This document shows, piece by piece, positions 26,301 to 37,962 of a stretch of DNA of 64,000 bases. The stretch is taken from assembly GCA_017499595.2 (NCBI GenBank), contig CM039005.1, forward strand, positions 2,046,001 through 2,110,000. Reading direction: 5' to 3'. Positions within the stretch are counted from its first letter, which is position 1, and every line of letters begins with the position of its first letter. The translations under genes were made by a program, and so were the position numbers. Under the pieces are notes generated by a model. The model was not told the DNA's origin and searched no databases. It saw nothing but the letters and a program-made list of their open reading frames with translations. Source of the stretch: Psilocybe cubensis (taxonomy: Eukaryota).

Positions 26301-26550
26301 GAGCGATTGAGCGATTGGTTGGACGATTGGACGCGTCGACCACACGCCGCGGCGCGCATGCGAGCGTGTAACGTGTGCATGTACATGTAAACCCAGGCTG
26401 GCCTCAACGCACCGTTCAACGCTCTTTTCTTCATCTCATATTTTCTGTTACGTTTTTTATATCCACATCCCACTGCGCATGTGCACGCGCATTGACATGC
26501 ATCACGCGTCTATCATCCATCCATCCATCCTCGGAGTCACCGTATCTACC
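17400..26550. repeat. Region extremely dense in short 3-6-nt microsatellites and homopolymers
   Basis: Dozens of short arrays, e.g. (CACAC)n ~18150, (GGAGA)n ~19350, (TTACCG)n ~19390, (CCTAT)n ~19670, (GTAACT)n ~20090, (TCTCG)n ~20300, (GATAGT)n ~21050, (AATCGC)n ~21420, (GGA)n ~24325, and poly-T tracts. Confidence 0.9.
21608..25124 (+). CDS. Hypothetical ~1040-aa low-complexity, probably disordered protein; exons 21608-23216, 23375-24381, 24618-25124
   Basis: Three long ORFs joined in frame by two canonical GTAAGC...AG introns (23217-23374, 24382-24617). The only complex blocks are VKIEPDDPDTRFIIEL, PTEVPLRATQASKEMREMMGVFRLNPFSMH, WGGEAHPLEEEPLMFEFQLD and YRRWSLPD. The rest is HE, HQ, QS, GA and GL repeats. 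Confidence 0.75.
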
Positions 26551-26723
26551 TATCGATGCTTTCTGAGTTGATGGTCTTCAAGTTAATTGTCTCTTTTACC
26601 TTGCCAGTATTGGTGTATTTGCTATGTTCGGACAGACAGCAAGGTTATAAAGGTTTTGCTTCACACGCCCGTTTTATATCCTTTGCTTGTTTTCGAAGTT
26701 TTAAGTTCTCAAGTCTTTCAACC

Positions 26724-27815
26724 GGGCACTGGAAAATGTCAGTGCAATGTCAGTGCGGTCAGTGCATGTCAGTGCATACCACAGTAATGTCAGTGCAATG
26801 TCAGTGCAATGTCAGTGCATGTTTCCAATAATCTATAAGTTGGTCATGGTGTGTCAGTACATGCCTGTGCGTGCAGGGTTATGTTAGTGCATTGGTTAGT
26901 TCATCGTGATGGTGTGGTGGCAAAATTTGAACTTGTTAAATTGGGGCCGTGAGAAAGTTAACTTGGGGATGATTAAAGCATATGGTCTCGGAGTTTCTGG
27001 GTCAGGCATAGCTAAATAACAAGATATAGAAGTAAATATATATTCTCTACATTTTCAAGTAACAATCTGGTGTACTAAATCAAGCATAGATGTGGGAAGA
27101 ATGAATGAATTGTATTGGAATCATTAAATAGGCGCCTCAGAGTATTCCAGTGTATAACTGATCCTGTTTGACAATGATTTGGGATCATCCTTGGCTGCAG
27201 GCGCAACAATGCTTTGGTATTGGCCTTGGCTTGGGGTGCGGATTTCTAGTAAGTATTTCGATGTCCCCATGTCACAGCTGAAAGGGAAAGGGAATTACAA
27301 AGTCCCATTGAAGCACCCTAGTCAAGCGGGTCTTGGGAACAGCTGATGGACCAGAGGAAACTCATACAGTCTACTTACCTAAAATTGTGTTCTTCATTTG
27401 AAATAAAAGATAACATGATTATAAGGTAAAAACTATGTCAGTGCATCGTCAGTGCACCATTAATGAAGGTCAGTGTATGTCAGTGCATGTGAGTGCACCG
27501 TCAGTGCATGTCAGTGCAAAGTCAGTGCAATTGCTTGGCGGTCAGTGCATGTGTCAGTGCATCAACTCTTGGTATTCAGTATAGAGATAATTCTAGGAGG
27601 ATAGTAGATTTCTAGACGCTTATAATACATTCAAAATCCGTCTAAGTAATCCTGCACTGAACACAGTTTCATTTTATATAAGTACAGACTTCAACTTTTT
27701 CACAAATCCTAAGTGATGTCAGTGCATGTCAGTGCATAGACATTATATTGTCAGCGCATGTCAGTGCCGACGTGCACTTACATGCACTTACATGCACTGA
27801 CATTTCTTGTTGCCC
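26724..27815. mobile_element. Non-autonomous Mutator-like (MULE) DNA transposon, 1092 bp, 9-bp TSD
   Basis: Exact direct repeat CTTTCAACC at 26715-26723 and 27816-27824. Termini GGGCACTGGAAAATGTCAGTGCA and (reverse complement) GGGCAACAAGAAATGTCAGTGCA. Arrays of GTCAGTGCA(A/T) at ~26738-26820, ~27437-27561 and ~27718-27801. No transposase ORF. Confidence 0.88.
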
Positions 27816-30800
27816 CTTTCAACCCAGCATGGCAGTGCCCACTATCAAAATCGACACAAAAATTGTGTTTCTTCACGCTCTCGCGATCGGAATTCACGTA
27901 TGTTTTTTTACGTATTAATCACTACTAGTATTGTTCTTCATAATTCTACAACTTTCGACCCCAGTTCTCTTGACATGATTAATTGACAATGGTCACCGGG
28001 GTCGGGGCCGAGGTACTTCTGAGAGAATATACGGTTAGGAGAATTGGGAGACCACAGCCTCAGGATGATGCTGAGTGTCATGGGATTCATATTTCGTGGG
28101 GATTCGCATTACTGAGCAGACAGCGCGTTTGAGTGCAGCCTTCTCATTTTGAAGCGCTGCACGGCCTGTATACTCTGTCTCGATCATGATCATATGAACG
28201 ATAATGCTGCCAGTAAAGGTTCCATCAGTATATACTCGAAAAACGCCAAAACCAAACATCAATAGGTGGCATATTCAGCGATTATCATCATAAAATCGGG
28301 GATCACTATCTTTCTGGGTTAAATTCACGTCTAGAGTCCCATCCAAAGTATGTATAGGCAGCTGACTCCGTACCCTGTCCCTTTCCCCGTCCACCCGTCC
28401 TCCTCCCCTCGAAATGCGAACCCGCGAAATAATCCCGTCATTGGAAATGTCACTATAATTATAAATAGAAAGACACCCCTAAATCGCCAAGATCGTCCCT
28501 CTTTTTTTTTGGCGAGCAACTGTTCAAGGTGATAGGCCGAGAGTGTGTGTCTTTCTTCTCGATAAAAACAGATGACAGATGATCAGGGGATGCCCAGGGC
28601 ATGCACCCGGCTGGCCTCGTTGTGTGTAATCTTATTTTTGTGATTGCAGGGTCGGTTGTTGGGTCGTTTCGAATTAGACGTCGATGTGCAGTGATTGATT
28701 GATTGTATTGGGAGATGTCAAAGTTTGCATACCTTTATTAGCTTTGGTTTTCTCCGCTTAGGTCCACTGGTATAGATGGAGGTGTAGAGTTCAGCTGTAG
28801 GAGACGATGAGAGGGCACTATAGATATATTCACGAATAATCCAACTTGATTTTGATGCAACATACCTGTCAGAACATGTCGAAGCGGAGGAGAACGGAGA
28901 ACGGAGAACGGATTTTACAGATTACGCAGACTGATAAAGACCCTTCAAATCAGCACCCATGTCCAGTGAACAGATCCAGAGTACTCACAGATTTGACTTC
29001 TGACAGAGAAGTCTCATGGGACATCTAACCTCTAACATTTCAAAGATACGCCGCTTATTGAGTTATCTGAATAGATGGAAAGATCACTTGAGGAACAATG
29101 GGTCTGGACCTCGTGCTGCCAGTGCGATTCGAGCTGCTTTAGAAGCTGTTGGTGTAGGCGAATTGGCACACGACGGATGCAGTGCACGCGCCACACATAT
29201 ACACGCACCTCTAACGAGTCTGACGAGTGTATGGCATCATATACAAATAATCTATATTCTGCCTTATGACAATCGCAAGTTATCACAAAATCGCAACCGA
29301 AAGAGAGTTTATAAAAAGGGTGACTTTTGTTCGTAATAAATCACGTACACGACATGAGTTGACGGAATTACATACACGTGTAATATATTGTCTCCCCAGA
29401 CCAGACTAGTGGCAGTACTTGCTCACCTCCTGAAAAACATTGTGTGAGTCGTGCCTCATTCCACGAACAATGGGAGAGACAAGCCGAAAGGCCGAATGAT
29501 TTGTTATGTCAATACGATAAGATTGACAGCTTATCAGCAGAAATTAATACCTTCACACATTCATCTAATTCAATCATCACTGAATCCCTGAACCACTAAA
29601 ATTCATCAGACGTACAGATACACACTCATACCGGATGATGTCTCTCAGAAGCCAAAAAGGATAAATAACCAGTCCAAAAATAAGACGGTTAGAGTCCATT
29701 GTTTTGTGGTCTAGTGCAGAAAACCTAAATGGCCTCGAGGCACAGACACTCAGAGGCACAGCACCATAAAGGGCACGGACCCTTATTTCTTCGCGTCCAG
29801 GTAGGTGGGAAACTGGTACAATCTTATGTCAATATTAACAGCTGTATAGTTTTACTATTACCGGGACCCGGCCGCCGAAGAGACGCCCCCTGTTTTTTGT
29901 TGAATCCAATCCAATCGCAGGTGGAAATCGCAGACCACCCTACCTCAAAATCCTCGCACAATGCATCCTATGGAGTTATCGAGCTCGATTGTTCAGGAGT
30001 ACTACCCCCAGGCGACGGTTCGCAGACTGATCTACAGAAGGTCTTATGATTCTCGTCCATTGTGAACACATATTTGTTTCGATATCTGATTAAAGCATAA
30101 TAGCAAATGAGCGTTCCCTCGAGGATCTCGAGGGGACACACCCATACCACTGCGCGACCATCACCCATCGATGGTGCTACGAGCAAGGTGGCAGGTCACC
30201 CCAAGATCGTTAAGATGTGACTTGTGAAATGCGAGCCTTGTGGCCTTCTCTCGCCTGTATCTCGTCCGATTTTTTTGATCACAGCACACCAGTGGTTTTT
30301 CCGGACACGCTAATGCAACTGGCGTGCATGGACTACACAGATGCGCAGCTCTGAAACTTGGAGAAAGATGAACCGAAGCTCCTGAGTTCTGAAGCGGATA
30401 TCAAGTGTTCGATAGATGACGCTCAACTGCCATACATTAGTGAGTGTGTTAGCGTACGTTGCGCGGAAGTTGATCAGCCCCTCCGGAGGACCAATAGAAT
30501 AGCCCCGCTAATCCTGTAAAGAGCCTGTCCGAGATCAACGAACCTGTCATGCAGAACCCATGGAGGTCTTCGCGAACGCAGGGAGCCTGAGGTCCATAGA
30601 CTACGGGTTAGAGGAGCCGGAGAAGCCTTTGCACTATACATTAGTCGCACTATGACTCCGGCTCAACCAGTCATGCGATACCGAAGGGCGGGCTGAGATC
30701 CATGACAGGACTACAAGCCTGATTAAGACTGATCCTGTTTAAAAGGTCCATGGTGCGCATGATGATTGAGAAAGTCCCTATTTCTCAAGGCTGATCATCG

Positions 30801-33800
30801 AAACATTCTAAATTGGTTGGTAGGCTTGCAAGTAAGCCCCGAGCTATATGAATATCTAAGATGACGAGGGACGGTTTAGCCTTCGAAACTTGCACCATAC
30901 TTTAAAGAGTGTATTTATAGCCAAAGGGTAGGGATGAGAGTCCCACAGAGCTCCTGAGGGAAAAGGCCCTCGGAGAAAGAAGTTAGCACTATTGAGTCTC
31001 AAACTAAATAGAAAACAGATGCCTAAAGATTTAGGGTGTATAAGTTTGATTTCCGATGTCCATTTAAATAGTCGGTACTTAGAACCACCTGGCTGCTAAA
31101 TATGTGCATTTTTTCTTTACCAAATACAAGGGAACTATACCCATCTCTCCTCAGAAATCGACCAATGTGGACATTCTATATCTCTCTTCGCCCACAATCA
31201 CACGTCATGCTAAGGAATCACGGGTCCGATGAATTCCAGAACCCATTTGCTCGCCGTAGCATCGAGACAGTCAACTTTCGAAGCTCGTATACTAACATCC
31301 AAAAAGACAGTGTCATCAAACAAACTTTGATTAAAAGGTCATGGCAAACAAGTCGATGACGAAGCAGAGAGCAAATGTGGTGGCGCATCAAATCATCCGG
31401 CATATGCCTTGCAGCCGCGTTGTGGAGCGTTGTGGGCGCTTATTATATAATTAGGAGCCCCTATATGCCGTTGTCAACATGAACGACAGCAGGTATTGTC
31501 TGCCAAGTAATGATATTTCTGAGGATCAATGCGTGAGTGAGCAGAATTTGGTTTTTAGTTGTGAGAAAAATACAAAGTAAATCTAATGGTAAATCAGTCA
31601 AAAGGTATATTAAATAAGACTAGATTTCAAACGACAATTTGTAGTATACTGTAGCACTAAATAATTTTAGATTATCAAACATGCATCCACGGACTCCGGA
31701 TGTGCCATAACGCGGAGAAATTGACATTAGTCAAGCTTGTGGGGTAGTGGATGAGGTTGCCTACCAGCAAATCACCTTACGACAAGTAGGGTGCCGGCAA
31801 GAGCGATGATACCGACATTATGCGAGCTTCCTGTGAGACGAGGGATAATAATCATGGCGGCCGCACATTGCGACATTCAACGCGTTGCAAGCGGTGGTAT
31901 TAACATTTTTGACCCTAATTAACAAGCGTGTGAGGACATTCTCCTAGTAAGGCCTGGCTTGGAGCAAAGCTTCTGGGGTGCTGGGATAAAATCACCCAAT
32001 GTATTGTGTTTATGTTAGAAAGCTCATGGAGATGGTATACGTTAGTAAAGGTTGAGCGACATCTATCCTACCTGTTTCTTCGTAAAACACGGAAAAGCTT
32101 GAAACAAGTTTTAGGTTTTGCTCCCCGCAAAAGGCGGGTTTCCCATAACTATCTTAGCACCGCCCCACGTCGAGGGAAATAACACAGAAGATAAACTCTA
32201 CGCCCGCGGAGAAATACATCGCGCAATCGTGTTCTTGGCCAATCCGAGGCACACCAAATACGTAGTTGAAAATGGCACTGTTCTGTGAGAGAGAAATTAG
32301 TACTCTAGGCCTCTACACTTGCGTGCTTTTTCCACGGATGTTCTGCCATGACATCGTGTAGTCGAGATATATTACCATGAGTGGCAACCTCGGTTGCCTT
32401 ATTGGAGCCTATAGTGCGGGGTAAGATCGATAACAAACGGGCCCTGATATCAAAAAGTGGAGTCGGATGAAGTTCAGCGAAAGATGAACGACAGTTTATG
32501 TCCGCCTAGCATCTGATAGGTAGATATGTTTCTAAGGCACGTGTGGATTTGACTCTTCTGCGTAAAATAGATATTCACATAGAGACTATTCAAAAACACT
32601 AAAGCATCCTTGATTAATTACTGGAAAACTACCACCGGCTTTAAATTCGAGCGACCTGCAATAAAGAGGCGTGGGTGAAAGGCCTCCTGGCACCGCTGAG
32701 AATAATGCCCCCGTGTATCATAATGGGCTGCTAGTACCTACCAGTACGTGTTCTAATGAGAAAAGAAAACAGAGGTAACGACGAGTGTTCTAGGTCAATT
32801 AAACGACGATGTTCTCGATTGTCGAGGCGATTCTTTCCTTCGGTCCGCTCCCACGTCAAAGTGGAGCAATTGGATGAGGCGGTGAACAACACAACGCGTT
32901 TTTTCAACCACTGAGGTATACTCCAAAGTTAAATAATACTAATCCAGGCCAAGACACGCTCATCCTGCGCTTAACACAGTACCCCGTCGAAGACTTGATT
33001 TGGAAGATATTCTAAATGGAATAAGACTGTAAGCGAAGGAGGGATCCCTGCACATTGCTTGACGGGCCGTTCTTTTCTCATCTCTGGGGTGTACAGCTCT
33101 TAAGGAGACTTAGGGCTGAATTGTGCCAACACATGTTATGCTATTTGTGTGTTCGCCGTTCCCGTTCTCGTAATTTCTAGGGCGGGTGGGCATCGATCGC
33201 GAGTCGGGTATACGTATCAGTTACTAGAGTTTTTAAATAAATAGAAAAAACACGTAAGTAACCCAGACTTTGGCCATGAGAAAGGGTAGCAATGGTAAGT
33301 GGAGAAGTCTGTTAAGAAATAAACGAGAATTAGCATTTGACGAGCGGTACTCTGATGCAAGGTAACCAAAAAAAGAGTTAAATCATGGATTACTGGGTAG
33401 CGGCATGGTATGATTTTTTGGTAGCATTAACCTGTACTAGGTAAGCCGTAGCAAAGATGTTCTTCAAATACCCGAGTTGGTAGTAGCGGAGTTGTGCAAA
33501 AGATCTAATGTGCTGTAGGTACGCAATATGTGTACAAACGAATTGAATTTAAAGGGATAAAATATGACGCTCTGTGTATTAAAGGCTGAGACGTCGAGCT
33601 TCAAGCTTCAACGCGCTTTCAACAATTCGCTTCAAAGTTTTTTCTATCAAATAGAAACAGCTAAAAAAAATCCCACAGGCACATGAGTACTGGGGATACG
33701 CCTTATTTTGAACTAGAGTCCTGGAAAAAGAGCCACAAGACGCACAGCGCTAAAATGACGTGACCATCATAACTGAAGCTTGAAGATTAATCTACCGTAT

Positions 33801-36800
33801 CGTAGGTATCGCAATAGCATCCACAATCCGGCCGAAGTGTCACCGCTATTAAAGCATAATTGAATTCATCCACGACGAGAGAAAAATCTAGAAACCTCAG
33901 TTGCATGATTGCAATATCGTGAGCGGCCGCTTGAGAAGTTGAGCCTGTAGCAGCTAGCTCTTAGGCTCCGCCAATCACTTGAATTTCAATCACCAATCCA
34001 AATTTACTCCGAGAAGTCGCCAGCAATAAGGCAAAATAAATTAATTCCACGCGCTGTGGGGCTGGATTCCCGCTCGGACGACGGACAGACGAGCAACCAG
34101 ACATCGTCGCACGAGAAACTTCAGACTGCCTGTCTACGTAGCACTGCCAGACTCTGTACAGATACTGCTTAAGTATATTATATCGCCAGTGGCATGGCTT
34201 CTACATATTCTAAAAGAATTCTGATGGTGGCGCGCCCTGTGGGCGCGTCAATGCGTCAAGGATTCCAGAACCGCACTCTACAACGTCAATTAACATGGCT
34301 TCCAATTGTACGTACACGCGTGGGGTGGAACGAGTTTATTTGGCCTGTACGCGCGTGGATTAATCTCTTGGTACTGTGACTGTGGTTGTAACAGTGGATG
34401 TAAGTACGTATATACGTATGGTAATTATTTGAATTGCACAAACGTTCTCACTGCCGGGGTAGGCTGGGGTGTGTACCGCGTCGTCGTACGTGTTTTTTCT
34501 TCTTTCTTTCTTTCAGTTTTTGGTGGAACATGGAAGACCCCCAGATTATAATTGGATCGGAACGAAAAACAAAAAGGAAAAAAAAAGACGCCTCCAAGCT
34601 CGACAACGACGGTGATTCAACATGAGTTTATTTAATCCGGTAATGTCTGTCCGAGTATACATACAACCTTAGGACACTTTGCCAGTGGGGCCGGCCAGGG
34701 ACCCCGACTAAGCATACCGTCATCTATCCAATATCCACAAGATTATCCCTGAATATCCCTGAATATTTGTTTATTTAATTCACACCTGAACATGACACCC
34801 GCCCCACCCCCACCCACCCACGCGCCGGAGGGAGCGAGGACATAAAAGGAAGCTGCAGAGGTTATGTGAAGCAAAATGTCAACCGCTTAGTGATCCAATA
34901 TCAATATAATGAATATATAGGCTACGGGGTGCGCGCCTGTGGGTGCTGCTTTGAATTGGGCTGTTTTGTATAGAGCTTTCTTTTATTTCATGTGATATTG
35001 TGTTATGTACGTACTTGTCAATGTTATGTATGTATGTGCAAGCGCAGACTCATGCATAGGTATTGTGAGAAATGTGTCGCTGTCGGATGTGCATGAGTAC
35101 TTGTAATTTTAATACTGAGATTGGTGTGGGCGTAGGTGCAGTGGGTGCCGAGTAACACTATTGACAGACACTGAGCGCGTGGTACCACAAAATGCAACGA
35201 GTTTCTATAATTTTTCTCTGCAGTGACCCGGATCACGTATATAGGTACATGAATATTTTTGAAGTCTCTTTGAATACATGCGCCACCAGAAAAACTAGCA
35301 ACAGTCAAAGTCACAAGGAATGCGAGAGGTAGTGATAGCAATAATAATACTTGTTTACCACCTCACTAAACCCCTTCAATTCCACTGTGTTGCAGCCACT
35401 GAGAGTCAGTTCGATGCTCGAAACACGAGCCACAAACGCACTCGCCGCTCTCCACACGACTGATAATGAGTATATTATAGTACACCAAGCCCACGGTAAC
35501 TCATCATGATCATGATCGTACTCAGTGATCAAACAGACAGACAAACATACCAAAGAGGAAAAAGCAGAGGCTATCCGAAGCATTGTGTCAATGTCATTAA
35601 GATACTTACTTACTCACTTGCAAGTTATATCCGGGTTGAGCGTACTGACAGGTAGCTGATTCTGACCTGAACTGACTTGACTTGACTTGCACAGAAATAG
35701 TCTGAGCTTCGATGGAGTGTGACAATGTCCTGTGTCTATCCAGTGGCGTTGACTCGGAGGAGTTCGACGCATCTGAATGATACCAGTCAATATGAGCGCG
35801 TCGTCGGGCCACAGATGCGGACCGGAGGGCCGGCGGGGACTGGAGATTGGGGCTCATGCGCACGATTGTTCGCTTTATAATGAGCATATGCCAGATGAAA
35901 AAGGAGTTAGGAGTGTAATTTTGCAGTGGAAGAAACCGTACAAGGATATTTGAAGCGCTTAGCATTTTAGTTAGTTGGCCATGGTGGCTCTGGCTCTCAG
36001 TTGGAAAGGCGGGGAATTGATAGATAGAGAGTTTTAGAGCCAGGTGGCGGTCCGCCCCCGTTGATGCAGATAGATGATCGAGGTAAGGAGCAATAAGCGG
36101 GGAAGATGCCATTGGCTGCGTAAAGGCAAACATACCTCCAGCCTCTAGGCTCTCGCGTGGACTCGGATCGGGCGCGAGTTCTAGTTTGCTATCAAGAAGT
36201 TGGATGACGATATCTGCAGTGCCTCAGCCGAGGACTCGCTCAAAACTACTCTTGGTGCGGTTAGACTGGGCTAGAGCTGGTGGTGCTATCATTGACAATG
36301 ATAATGACCCACCCTATCTGCTGATTAGGCTTGGGCTTGGGCTATCCGAGGTATCCGAGATGTGTTCCGGGTGCCAGCCTGCCAGTGTCAGCTAAATCTG
36401 AAAGCTGTGGGCTCGGGGGTCAGTCGGGGTAAGAAAAGGGTTATTGTGGTGTATTAAATCTTGCCGTTGCCGTAGAGAAAACGCAAGCGCCCCCGTTAGG
36501 ACTCACTGCATTTGTGATATTTGATGTGGTGAAATTTATTTTTTTTGCAGGCACAAGACAGTGAAAAATTACTATATTGTTCGTGTAGAGGGTCGCGTTC
36601 AATTCGGACCCGGATTCGGTCTTCAAAAGACATCGATGATCAATACATAAAATAGTGCTATAAGTACATCAATGACATTTGAATTCATTCAGTCGTTTAA
36701 GTGGTTAGATTGTGCTTACTGATTACACCGAGTCTCCGAACGTGTCCTGGATGGCAGACAGTGACCTTGCGGGGAATGCAATAAGGCGCGAGCAGCACCG

Positions 36801-37284
36801 CACATCTGGGATATCGCTTTAGCCTGTGTGCGCTTATAGTCTTTTGCATCCGTTGGGTAAACAGCAGCGGAAGCAAATCCATTAAAAGTTCAGGAACGCT
36901 CAAAATAGCGGAGGCGGAGGCCGAGTCGTCATAAGCATAACACACATATGTGCAATTCGCGCCCGTGGGCCCGAGTGTGGGAGCGCTCATGCGTTCATGG
37001 TGTGGAGACACAGGGAAGAAGTTGGGAGAAAGGGACGATCGGGGCGCGGGACAGATATGTTTTTGGTGCCTTGCGGAGATTGAATGCATCCGTCCGTGGC
37101 TCCGTGTGGGGGTGGATGGGGAGGCCCCCGGGGACTCTGACGGCAGAGCTTAATGAATGAAAGAAAGAGTGTGGTTGGGATGTGCTGGGAAAAGGAGTCT
37201 GGATACAAAGGCCGGGGAATCTGATTAGATCTCTGGGACTTGCGAATTGATGATGGGTAGACTACATTGCCCTCGATTTTCCAA

Positions 37285-37384
37285 GTCACTTTGCCGGAGT
37301 GGTTAACGGGATCGCCTGCTATACTTCGGTATACTGGTTAGCGGTTGGGCTTTGCCCGCGAGTGTTCGAATCGCTCAGGTGACG
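37285..37384 (+). tRNA. tRNA-Ser(GCT) with 18-nt intron (37322-37339)
   Basis: Acceptor stem GTCACTT/AGGTGAC, A-box GAGTGG, anticodon arm ATCGC-CTGCTA^A-GCGGT, long variable arm GGGC-TTT-GCCC, T arm GAGTG-TTCGAAT-CGCTC, discriminator G, followed by a poly-T Pol III terminator. Confidence 0.95.
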
Positions 37385-37448
37385 CTTTTTTGGTTCCTCC
37401 CCTTCTTTTTTCCAACCGGATTGTGTCAAGCTGTGGACGACGACCACA

Positions 37449-37545
37449 GTCACTTTGCCGGAGTGGTTAACGGGATCGCCTGCTATGCAAGTAGCTGAAC
37501 AGCGGTTGGGCTTTGCCCGCGAGTGTTCGAATCGCTCAGGTGACG
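37449..37545 (+). tRNA. tRNA-Ser(GCT) with 15-nt intron (37486-37500)
   Basis: Exons identical to the 37285 copy, different intron (TGCAAGTAGCTGAAC), followed by a T6 terminator. Confidence 0.95.
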
Positions 37546-37962
37546 CATTTTTTGGCGCAGTATGTAAGAGTGGTTCCGGGGTCCGTCGAGTCGCACGCGC
37601 ATGCCACGAGAGGAATCGGCGTTCTTGGCTCGGTTCTAAACTGATCTGGTTCTGTTATCCCCCAACTCACCTCACCTAACGTTTCCTTACTGACCACACG
37701 CACCAGTCCATACTTCTTTCTCACCGTCCTTTTTTATTTTTTGCGCTTTTTTCTGTTCTCACTCTCTTTCGTTTTCGCTTCTCTCTCCTCGAGTTGGGGT
37801 TCGTCTTTGCCGACGTCCTTGGTATCGTATCCTATCGCATCCTATCGTCGCTCTTTATCGCCGCCTGCTGGACGTGAACACCAGATACCCTGTTTTGAGT
37901 CGAGCTGCGAGCTGCGAGTAGGTTTTCAGCGGTCGTTGTCGTGGTCTTCGATCGTGTGCTAG

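Noticed and set aside
20364..26566. Many overlapping ORFs on both strands in the repeat-rich region
   Set aside because: They are shadow frames of low-complexity sequence. Only the three-exon plus-strand model has consistent splice sites and complex motifs.
26738..27801. GTCAGTGCA(T) arrays as a CRISPR-like or standalone satellite array
   Set aside because: The units are about 10 nt, mostly abutting, without unique spacers, in a eukaryote. They lie inside an element with TIRs and a 9-bp TSD.
35606..36133. 175-aa minus-strand ORF
   Set aside because: No recognisable motif or convincing exon partners, so it cannot be supported as a gene.
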